Origin: Hamiltosporidium tvaerminnensis FI-OER-3-3
Taxonomy: Eukaryota; Fungi; Microsporidia
Assembly: GCA_022605425.2 (NCBI GenBank)
Contig: JAKIMF020000013.1
Location: 558,001-622,000, forward strand
Length of the DNA stretch: 64,000 bases
Reading direction: 5' to 3'
Positions within the stretch are counted from its first letter, which is position 1. Each line of letters begins with the position of its first letter. Positions 40,501 through 51,377 of the stretch are shown here, piece by piece. A model generated the notes under the pieces. That model saw only the letters and a program-made list of their open reading frames with translations, made no database searches and was not told the origin of the DNA. Position numbers and translations under genes: made by a program.

Positions 40501-41429
40501 GAGGAAAAAAGAATTAATAAGTTAAACTTTTAAGAAAATAAAAACAAATAGACAGAATAGAAATAATTTTCCGAATATAAAATAACCAGAAGTTTTATTA
40601 GGAATTACTCGAAACGTATAAAAAAGCAAATATAAAAGACCAAAAAAAAAGTATAAGAGAAAACAGATTAGGTGATTATATAAAGGCTGTAGAAAAGATT
40701 AAAAAATGAAGACCAGATAATGACGGTATAGCAGCTAATCGGCATTTTTTTTGTTTTTTTGTGAAATGAAAAATAAAGTTCGTTTCTAAAGAGTAAAGGT
40801 TAGTATTATAAGAATGAAATAAAAAAATAGGGATTTTTAATTTTCGAATATTCACACTGTAGAAAGAAATAAATTAATATTGTGTATTTCGTTGCCAAAT
40901 AGTTTTTATTTAGATTGTATGATTTATAACGGCAATACAATTTTGGGATAAATATTTTCTTTTAACCGAACTAAAAATCAAAATATTTGCTTCCTAAAGA
41001 TTTTAAGTTATTCATTTAAAGTTCAGAATATTTTGAAAATTTAAAGAAATATGCTGATAAATTTATATATTATTTGACATATATTCAAATTATTATTAAG
41101 TGGTTTATTTACTCCTGTCACCAAATTATATATGCCAGATCGTTTATATTGTATTTATTCTTTAGTAATTTCTTATTATATTCATTCTCTGCCTTAAGAT
41201 TCAATGATCTTGTTTAGGAGTCCAAGTGCTTTTATTTCATAACTGTTTTCTAGCTAGGTTTCTATAAAATAAACACTTAAATATATTTTAATTTGAGATC
41301 CATTTTTGATTATAATGTGTTTTATACTTATTTACTCACTTATTACATTCCCATCTTACCTCTCAGTGTCGAGGACGAACAACTGGAAATTTTCCAATTT
41401 CTTTTAATCTGTTGTAACTTGGGAATAGG

Positions 41430-41552
41430 GGATTTGCCTATAGATCCAGTGTAGTTTATATTTCACCAAAATGCCAACAATTATTTTCAAAACAATTTTA
41501 CACACTAATCGCCTACGAGATAGTTTTTAATGTGTTTATCTTCTCTTCACCC
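41430..41552 (-). mobile_element. Fragment with family A-like 5' head, related to 37400-37570
   Basis: Reverse strand reads GGTGAAGAGAAGATAAACACATTAAAAACT...GTGTGTAAAATTG...ATATAAACTACACTGGATCTATAGGCAAATC. Confidence 0.55.
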
Positions 41553-43664
41553 GTATTTTATAAAAAGGTATTATTTTTTTAAATTTGTTTTCAGATTAAA
41601 CAAAAATATGACCATTATGCTCACAAATTACTTTGCTCAAAATATTTAAATAGTATATTTATTTTAAAATATGTATGTGTAATATATGAAAATTCTTATA
41701 AAACCTAAATGCAAATATATTCTTTTGAACGAAGCTAACATTTACCTTTAGCAAATTCTTGGATCAAAGATTGTAGTAATATTTCTTTTGGAAGTAGACA
41801 AAGATTTTTATTATATGCAAAATTATGACCAAAATTATTGAAATTGATTTTATAATATAAAATCGACTTAAAACTTCTTTCGAAATATATATAAGTTTAT
41901 TTAATTCATTCTTTGTAAATAATTTCTCGAATGTGAATCGTACTCGTATAGATTTCATAAATAATTTTAATTTTGCTAGTTATAAATACAGAAGTGAGCT
42001 GGTAAAACATTAAGAATAAACTAAACGTTAAATATTCCATAATTTTTTTAATTATGTGTTTTACTTCTTAAATTTTCAAATAAGTAGATAATCGAGATGT
42101 AGATAGCAATTTTTGCAAAACGTCTTTTAGGATTATTTTTTTTTGAAAAATATGATTTTAATAGACCTCAAACAATTTATAATGCTGCATTGTTGATTTT
42201 TTTGATATGATATTATTTTTTAAAACATTTTCTGCCTCTAGAATCGAACTTTTAATTGGGAAATCTTACTTGATATTATTTGTATAAAGCCATAACTGTC
42301 TTTTTGTTTCAGATATTCCCAAACTTAGTACATATTTAACTAAACAAGTGTTACATAATTCGCTTTATTCCAATACATTGTTAAAACATACATTCCCCAA
42401 TCCATATTTAATGATGTATAATCGTCTTATTTTATTCGAAATGTTTATAAATGAAATACTCTCATAGTGCTGATTGATAAATATTTTTTACGTATACTTG
42501 TCGCTTTCCGGATATATTGAGTGATAATTGTTAGGATGTAAATAAAATTCAAAATTTCATAAATAGTAAAACAAAACATCTAAAAATAAGAACTAACCCG
42601 CTGGTATTAGTTCCAGTTATAAAGAAAAATAATTACACAAAAATATATGCTCTTTTCTTTTTGAGTAAGGGTTAGAGAACATATTTTTATTTTTTCTTAA
42701 ATTTAAGTTTTTTCGAATATCATTTATAATACAGGTTTATAAGGTAATCATTTAAACAAATGAAAATATTTAAATCAAATTTTGCTTCATAAGTTTTTTT
42801 TCGAAAAAAATATTATCTGAAATTGGATATTATTTAGAAAAATGAATGTATAATTATTTTAGAATTATTTTAGAATTTATTTCAGTAAAACCGTGGAAAA
42901 AAATATATGAAAACGATAAAAAAAGGTATAAGTCTGAATTTTATTAAATAAATAAATTTTAGTAGGAACAATAATTCGTTTTTTTTTTTTCTAAAATCAA
43001 CAAGTTATATTCTTATGTAATGCATCTTTTTTACTTTTTCTACAAGGTATTTTCTTTAAATGAAAATTAAATTATTGAATGAAAAATTGAAAATTAAATG
43101 TATTGAGATTGGAAAAGATTAATGCGATTTCATTACATGTGCGGTTAAATCTTAATGAAATATTTTATCTAATTTTTCAATCTTGGCACAATAAACAATA
43201 TACTTAAATCGAGGTATTTACTGTGCATATTTTTATTTATATGTTAAAATGTAAAAGAAAGGGAAAAAAAGCAGATCGAAAACTATATAACTTTAGATTT
43301 ATATGTAAAAATAATTACTTTGGGAATTTAAGAAAACAATAAAAATTTTTCTGACAATTGTAACATTTGTAGTTTGGATAAAAACAAAAAACAATATTTG
43401 AACATAATTAAAGTTCTTAATTGCTCCATTAAAATAACAGAATTCAATATCTCACAATGCAAATGTATTAAAATAGAAAAAATTCTAACTAAAAAGTTTT
43501 TTCAGTGTGTTAACTCCTTCTAAACGATTATTTCTTATCGTAAATATAACAGGTTTCAGATAATCTGTTAAGAACATAAAGAAGAATATGAAATGTGGAT
43601 ATCATGTGGTGCCTAATATGCAGATTTTCAATAAATATATATTATATATTTTAAAAGTAAAGAA

Positions 43665-44396
43665 GTGGAGGGAGGATAACCACATAAAAAACTTTCTGCT
43701 TGGCAATGAGTGTGTGAAACTGGTGTGAGATCATTGTTTGGATTTTTGGTGGGAATAAAACCACACTACATCTTTGGTTGTTCCTTGGGAGTTGTTATGA
43801 GGAGGGGAGGTCTAAGAGATGGAGAAACTTTTTCTACAAATTTATTTGTAGTTTTTTATGTAACCAGATTGCAGACCGCAGCTTAAAATTTAGGTAATTG
43901 CCATGTAAAAGCATGGAAACCTAGCCTTGCTCACTCGGGTTAGAAGACTTAGCGCCTGGGGGATATAAAAATAAAACCCATTAAAAGCCGGGAGAGCTAA
44001 GTAGCAGGTTATACCTGTTGGTATGACATTGCACTGTCTAGGTGGACCCCATGTAAATCTCTGAAATATATATTAGCTAGAAGTTTATTGGGTTCAGAAA
44101 GTGTAGAGTAAGTGGGAATGCTGCATAGTCTTGGGGGAGCCCAGGGGGGGCTTCGGCCTTCGATCACACTCCATGCAACGGACATTAACGAACTCCGGGC
44201 AACTGCCTCGCCTAGTAATTAGGTTCTACACACCTGGTAGATGAAAGGCTTTGGGACGTAGGTATCGCAGGGGTTACCGATGGAGTGTTGGGGTAGCAGT
44301 TATTTATGTTAAACCTAGAACTGCGTTAATGTCATGAAAACAAATATAACACTTGCCACTGTTTTAAAAAAGATGTGATACTTTTAAATAAAGTAA
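43665..44396 (+). mobile_element. Family A non-coding retroposon, full length with 14-bp TSD
   Basis: TSD TTAAAAGTAAAGAA at 43651-43664 and 44397-44410. Confidence 0.95.
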
Positions 44397-46005
44397 TTAA
44401 AAGTAAAGAAATTATATTTCGAACGAAAACTTTTTTTTATAAAAGCCGTAAAAATTTATCAAATTTAAAACTATATGAATAGACTACAAAAATAATGAAA
44501 AATGATGTTAAAATATTTATTTTTTTCTGACTATAAATTACACATTTAAATAAAAAATGTTGATGTATTCGCAATAAATAGGTAATCACATTGATAAATA
44601 TGCGAAAATCACAAATAATTACGTTAGCGAAAAAATAAAGAATTTCTAACGTGTTTTTACATTAATGTTTTAATTAAAGATATAAATCTGATTTAATAAA
44701 GTGACAGAAATAATTTTAGAATCTTTAGAAAAAGTTATCTTTTTATAAATTTAGTTTCTTCGTAATTAAGTTATACCGCTATAGTTGAGTAACTGTAAAA
44801 TACAGAAAATTTTATATCTTTCAAAAAATAATATTCTATTGAATCTAACTCTTTTCCTTCATATAACCTATAAAAAGCTTGGTAAAAAAATTACATCGAA
44901 GTTTCCGAAAAATGTTTGAACCCAAATTAGATTTACCCTAAGGCAAATCATTATTTAATCTTATATGTGGCTGAGTAATTATTTAAGTGGATTTTAAGGT
45001 CTTGGTAAATTACATTAATTTAGTATGTTTTTAAATCGAAATTAAATAGTGTGTTTGAGATAATCGAAAATCTTAAGAAGCTTCAAATCATTAATGAAAA
45101 CCGGATTGTAATTTTTTGATTAATATATATATTATAACTACATAAAAATAAATTTATTCCTCAAAATTTTATGATAGATCAATATCATTCTAAATAAATT
45201 TGATTAAAAAAAGATCTTTTGATATATTTGAAATGATAAAATACTTATTTGATTTATAAAAAAATTGTTATCCGCTGTATGTTCGAAGGAAAGGCCTGGA
45301 AATAGAAAACGAATTAATTTGATTGAAAAGCTTCTTGGATTAAAATATTAACAAATGTTATATTTATATAGAGTTAAGAAAAAATTTGATATTAGTAATT
45401 TTTCTTTTTTAGATATATGATTTTTTTGTAGAGAATGGGTAAGAATAGAAATTTGAAATAATTTAACATATTTAGAATTCTTTATATTAGAAATAAGTTG
45501 ATTGATTGATTTTATTTTTTATTGGTGTTATATTCTCTAAATATTTTTAAAAAAATTGATTTGGTGTTAAAATTACTGTGAAAATTATTTTTTTCGTATA
45601 TAAAGGATGTTATTTATAGAACTGTTTACCCCAAATCATATGAGAATTAAAATGTCAATAGAAAACACTAAGAATGAGACAAATCAACCAGAAATTACAA
45701 TTGCATGTAAACGTAGAAATCAAGTTGATCTAATCAAATTGATCTACAAACGTACTTTCGAATCATTAACTTAGTTGTTAATTCACGTGATTTAGATCAA
45801 TGATCAAATCGATATGGTGTTCTAGTTACTTTGACATGTTCAAGTAACAAATTGGTGTTACATATGTTACTGCTCTGATGCAGATTTTGGAGGTTTTCCG
45901 TTGTTACTTTGGTTTCTTGTGCTGCTTTATTCATCGGGATTAAGTTATGGACTCAACGAGTCAATTGTGTGTGATTTGGATGTGACGTGTAATGGTATAT
46001 TTGTG

Positions 46006-47307
46006 CAACAGGTTGATTCTGCCTGACGAGGATGCTTGTCTCTGGGATTAAGCCATGCAAGTCTGGTGAAGCGAAAGTGGAACTGCGAACGGCTCAGTAG
46101 AACGGTGATTATTTAATCGTGTAGGAAGGATAACCGCGGGAAACTGTGGCTAATAACACGAGTAAGACGCCGACCCATCAGTTTTATCGTACGGTAAGGG
46201 CGTACGATGGCTTTAACGGGTACGGGGGATCAGGGTTTGATTCCGGAGAGGGAGCCTGAGAAACGGCTACCAGGTCTAAGGACAGCAGCAGGCGCGAAAC
46301 TTGCCCAATTGGAGAGAGGCAGTTATGAGACGTATATTTTGTAACCGGGGTAGAATACCGGTGATTGACTGGAGGGCAAGTCTGGTGCCAGCAGCCGCGG
46401 TAATTCCAGCTCCAGGAGTGTCATAGTGCATTGCTGCATTTAAAAGGTCCGTAGTCAGTGTTGACAGGGATGCTAGAAGACACTTTCTTCATGGAGTGTA
46501 TTGGCATTCTAGGTTAGCATGTAGGAGCGGAAGAGGGCGACTGTATTGCGTAGCGAGAGGTGAAAGTTGACGACCTACGTAGGACAAACCGAAGCGAAAG
46601 CTGTCGTCCAGTACGTTTCCGGTGATCAAGGACGTAAGCCGGAGGAGCAAAGGTGATTAGAGACCCCTGTAGTTCCGGCCGTAAACTATGCCAACTGGGT
46701 GTTACGTAGTGGTACCCACGAGAAATCAAGTATATGGGCTATGGGGATAGTACGATCGCAAGATTGAAACTTGAAGAAATTGACGGAAGGACACCACCAG
46801 GAGTGGAGTGTGCGGCTTAATTTGACTCAACGCGGGACAACTTACCAGGGCCAGTTGTATGACGAATCTTTGATGAGTACGACTAAGTGGTGCATGGCCG
46901 TTCACAACATGTGAGGTGACTTTTAGGTTTATTGCTGTAATGTGTGAGACCCTCAGCTACGGCGACTGGGGACTATAAGTTTCAGGAAGGAGGGGGCTAT
47001 AACAGGTCTGTGATGCCCTTAGATGTTCTGGGCTGCACGCGCACTACAATGTTATTTCTAGGTATATTGTAAAGATAAAGGATAACTCGGTTGGGATTGC
47101 GTTCTGTAATGGACGCATGAACCAGGAATTCCTAGTAGTCGCGTGTCACTAACGGGCGACGACTGCGTCCCTGTTCTTTGTACACACCGCCCGTCGTTAT
47201 CTAAGATGGTGCTATGTTCGAAGAGGGTTTTCCTTCTGAGGACGTAGGATTAGATTGGATACAAGTCGTAACAAGGTTGCTGTAGGAGAACCTGCAGCAG
47301 GATCAGT
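46006..47307 (+). rRNA. Microsporidian SSU (16S-like/18S) rRNA, about 1.3 kb
   Basis: 5' CAACAGGTTGATTCTGCCTGAC; GTGCCAGCAGCCGCGGTAAT; TGTACACACCGCCCGTC; 3' GGAGAACCTGCAGCAGGATCA. Confidence 0.98.
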
Positions 47308-47345
47308 GATAGTACTTTTATTGTGTAGTTTTTTCATTTTAAACT
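47308..47345 (+). other. Short internal transcribed spacer (ITS)
   Basis: About 38-nt T-rich spacer between the SSU end and the 5.8S-like start CAAGGGATCACTTGGCTC. Confidence 0.8.
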
Positions 47346-49015
47346 CATACAAGGGATCACTTGGCTCCGTATCCGAGGAAGGCCGGAATAGTTTCCGAGA
47401 ACTAAGGCCGAACGGCATTTGTAAATGCCTGACTACCCCCTGGACTTAAGCATATTATTAAGGGGAGGAACAAAAACTAACTAGGATTTCTGTAGTAGCG
47501 GCGAGCGAACAAGAAATAGCCCCGAATGTAAGCCTCCGGGCATTGTTAAGATCGTCGTAACGAATTACCGGGACAGGTAAGCCATAGAGGGTGATAGCCC
47601 CGTAGTGACGAGTAATGGGCAGAGTAGGGTTGCTTGGTAATGCAGCCTGAAGAGGTGGTGGGTTCCATCTAAGGCTAAATATGAGCGGAGACCGATAGCG
47701 TAATAGTACAGCGATGGAAAGGTGAAAAGCTAAAAAGTGCAAAGACGTGAAATTGTATTGAGTATCCTGACAACAGGACCCGTCTTGAAACACGGACCAA
47801 GGAGTGCATCTGCATAGCAAGTTAAAGGGGGGTTTCCTTTAAGCGTAGCGAAAGCAGATATAGCTGTTCGGATGCGACCCGAAGGGCTGTGAACTACACC
47901 TGGCCAGGTTGAAGCCATTCGAAAGGATGGTGGAGGACCTAAACTTGTTCTGACGCGCAAATCGATGGTTTGAGCTGGGTGTAGGGGCGAAAGACCAATC
48001 GAACAGCCGGGTAGCTGGTTCCCATCGAAATGTCTCTCAGGACAGCAGACACAAGTTACTTAGTATTATGCGGTAGAGGAACGGCGGGATGAAAGGGGAG
48101 CAATCTCCACATACCGACGAACTGCGAACGTGTACGTGTTATTCTTGTTCTAAAGAATAGCGATTATATATGTGTCTAGTGGGCGCGTTCTGGTAAGCAG
48201 GACGTGCGAAGAGGGATCAACCTGACGTACTGATAAGGGGCCTAATCTGGTTTTTCTTAAGGCCGTAGATGAATTGTGACAGTAGGGCGGTGGCCATGGA
48301 GGTTGGCATCCGGTAAGAAACGTGTTGCAACGTACCTACCGAATTCATGTGCGCCGAAAATGGACGGTACAAGGCCAGACCCGATGCAGTACTTATAGGT
48401 AGATGGGCGTGGTGTATGTGCAGAAGGTTTACCGTGAGGTAAAGTGGAGCATACACTAGTGCTGATCTTGGTGGTAGTAGTTACAATTCGTGTGTGAATC
48501 GCGAAGGCTTCAGGAGAAGGGTTCTTCTAAGACTTCATAAGGAGAAGGTTAGCCGGTCCTGAGATCTCGACAGGGAATCGGGTTGATATTCCCGAGCCAT
48601 CTAGGTATTTGGCAACAGTAAATATGGTGTTTACGTCTTAGGCACGACAACAAGGAGGTACCCATTCCTTGTAGCAGTACTGTATGTAGCGTGTTGTACA
48701 GAGCAATACAGGCATATGCAATTGTCTTAGCTGGGATCCGTGAAAAAATACCTTTATGACCTTGATGACCGTACCGACCGCAGCAGGGCTCCGTACGGTG
48801 TATACCGGAAGCGATAGGACAAACGTTAGTTAGGGAATTCGGCAAATTAGATCCGTAACCTCGGGAAAAGGATTAGCTCTAAGGAATTAGAACTTTTAGT
48901 TACGGGGAATCCGACTGTTTAATAAAAACATAGCTTTGTGGTGGTGTAGTACGTGGACACAAAGTGAATTCTGCCCAGTGCCCAGCTGTTAAGACAGGTC
49001 GGGCTGTATACGCAG

Positions 49016-49069
<54 letters not shown>

Positions 49070-49166
49070 CCTAATTAGTGACGCGCACGAAAGGAGCAAC
49101 GAGATTCCCACTGTCCCGACTAACAACCTGCGAACCCACGAGCCAAGGGAACGGTCTTGGCTATGC

Positions 49167-49203
<37 letters not shown>

Positions 49204-49479
49204 GTGACGCCGGGGTCTTGTGCAGCTGTAGCAAGGTGGGGCAACTGAAAGACCACTAGCTGTGCAAGCGACCCGTATTTGTCAGATGGGGAGTTTGACT
49301 GGGGCGGTACATCTGCTAGACTACAACGCAGATGGCCTAAGGGTGGCTAACTTCGGAGAGAAACCGAGGGTGTAGTCCAAGGGCAAAAGCCACCCTGACG
49401 TATTACTACACGGTAATACGAGGGGAAACCCAGGCCTAGCGATCCCATTGCTTACAGAGCATCTAGCAATGGGTGACGT

Positions 49480-49511
<32 letters not shown>

Positions 49512-49615
49512 AGCCGAGCGACCATAGCGACGCTGCTTTTTGATTCTTCGATGTCGGCTCTTCCTATCATGGTGCAGCAGAAGGCACCTAGTGTTGGATT
49601 GTTCACCCACTAACA

Positions 49616-49653
<38 letters not shown>

Positions 49654-49899
49654 TAGTTTTACACTACTGCTACGGTACTAAGGGAGCAGATGCTAGTACG
49701 AAAGGAACGAATCTGCAGGACCTCTTGTCGTGCCTATATCTGGTAAGGTACGGGCTAAGCAACGTCCTGGCACGGAAGAGCTGAAGGCCTCTAAGCTTCA
49801 ACGTGGCCCTACTGTACTATCTAGCATGAAGACGACGTGCTTGGGTGCTGCAGCTGTAATCCACAAGATCGCGAGTGGATGAGGCTAGCAAGCACTCAT
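47346..49899 (+). rRNA. Microsporidian LSU rRNA with fused 5.8S region
   Basis: ACCCGTCTTGAAACACGGACCAAGGAG, GTAACTATGACTCTCTTAAGGTAGCCAAATG, sarcin-ricin-like AGTACGAAAGGAAC, GAAGACGAC; terminal helix TGGGTGCT (49842-49849) pairs with AGCACTCA (49891-49898). Confidence 0.96.
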
Positions 49900-49957
49900 G
49901 ACGAGAGATGATCACCACCTCCACGTGGTTCTCGTTGGGTAACGCCAAGAGTGATCA
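49900..49957 (+). ncRNA. Minimal HDV-like self-cleaving ribozyme abutting the LSU rRNA 3' end
   Basis: P1 GACGAGA/TCTCGTT with G1-U wobble; P2 TGATCAC/GTGATCA; P3 ACC/GGT; L3 TCCACGT; P1.1 CC/GG; no P4; J4/2 GCCAA with candidate catalytic C49945. Confidence 0.88.
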
Positions 49958-50675
49958 ACAACAAAAGCATGTAAAATTAAAAAGAATAAAACTCAAAAAA
50001 AAGTAAATAAAAAAATGATTTTAAATAAAATAATCAAATTGGATAAATACAACGAAAGAAACATTTTAGCACCTTACAAAAAGGATCTAAGCAAAAAAAC
50101 GCAAATGCTTTTTTAACATTATCCATTTATCCGGCATTTAATAAATTCCACTAGCTCTCACTTATAAGAAGGCACATACTAAACGTTTTAAAATATCACT
50201 TTCTAAAGACTAGAGTCTATATTATGCTTGGATATCTCATTACCAATTTGATTTTTAAATACATTTCTTCCTTTATATAAGCAAAAACTATTTTAAAAGA
50301 CAGCATCGAGATTTCTAATTGAGAAAAATTTAGTATCATATCTATTATTTTTTTCATATGCTTCAAAGTTTTCAGTATTTTTTAAATATAAGACTTGTAT
50401 TGTAATATTCTGCTTTACCTGTATATATTATTTTAAAGAAACGCCAACTTTTTAATATTCACAAATTGTTTTTCATAAATAAATTAAAGGAATGTTCGAA
50501 TAACGATAATTTTTTACTTTAACGAATTATATATATTTCCATTAATTTCTAGAGGCTAGAAAGAATGAAAAAGATAACGGCCTAATAGATGACTACATAT
50601 TTAAATATCCAAACCTGTTAAAATACCATATATAACATCAAAATGTAAATTTATAGCAATATATACAATCATAGA

Positions 50676-50733
50676 GACGAGAGATGATCACCACCTCCAC
50701 GTGGTTCTCGTTGGGTAATGCTAAGAGTGATCA
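50676..50733 (+). ncRNA. Second HDV-like ribozyme copy, forming the 5' head of a retroposon
   Basis: 56/58 nt identical to 49900-49957; all pairings intact; candidate catalytic C50721. Confidence 0.88.
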
Positions 50734-51377
50734 AGCAAAACCCCTTTACGTTTTATGTTACGACGGAATGTACTATGGGTTTACGTGGCGTTAAGCGCCG
50801 TTCCAACGGGAACAGCAAGTTGCTCAATCGGTGAGCATATTTCTTCTGGGGCGATACAAAGAGGTAAATTCGACTGTGACGCAACGAGATTCTCGGTTTA
50901 CCTAGGCACTTGTCGATGCTAAAACCCTTACTTTAACATCAAGATGAGTCTACCTGAATGTGATTGGATCGAAGATTCCATTAGGAATCAAATTGTGTTT
51001 GAAATCTTCTTATACTAAGGAAAAGAAAGGTATAAAAAGTGCTTTTGGAAGGGGAGTGGCAAGCTGCTGGGCTGCAGCAAATTTGTCCGGCACAGTTAAA
51101 GACTTAACAAATCAGAAATGATATGTTGAAGACTTGACGTGCCGGACGTTAATGTGTAAGTGTGGGATTTTAGGGATTTTTATGTGACCTTCTAGAACCG
51201 AAGTCCAAATGTGGATATGGTGGCTGTACACAGTCGGGTCGGTTTTATTGGATTTTTGTTTTTGAGTGTGGTGCATGGTATGGAAATGAATAGCTTAGTT
51301 TCCCTTTAAAAACAATACAACGAGTAGTGCTGAAAACTTTTTATCAATAAAGCCGAATTTTATTTTATTTTATTTTA
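50676..51377 (+). mobile_element. Ribozyme-headed non-coding retroposon (family B, SINE/SIDE-like), about 700 bp
   Basis: 15-bp TSD ATATACAATCATAGA at 50661-50675 and 51378-51392; AATAAA plus (TTTTA)n tail; GC-richer than flanks; no ORF of 60 aa or more. Confidence 0.88.

Noticed and set aside
34400-43600. Short ORFs in the long AT-rich stretch
   Set aside because: All about 70 aa or less, low complexity, with no recognisable motifs
43665-43684. GTGGAGGG...TAA at the family A 5' end resembling twister ribozyme words
   Set aside because: Only a simple GTGG/CCAC hairpin; the twister pseudoknot partners are not found
44190-44215. GAACTCCGGGCAAC in family A resembling the HDV P1'-GGGCAAC junction
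   Set aside because: No P3/L3 (UCC..G) module directly upstream and no convincing P2 or J4/2
46514-48845. Several minus-strand ORFs
   Set aside because: Antisense to SSU/LSU rRNA
49900-49957. Reading the duplicated 58-mer as an LSU-derived SINE head or as 5S rRNA
   Set aside because: It lies after the last LSU helix, lacks 5S features and fits the HDV fold completely
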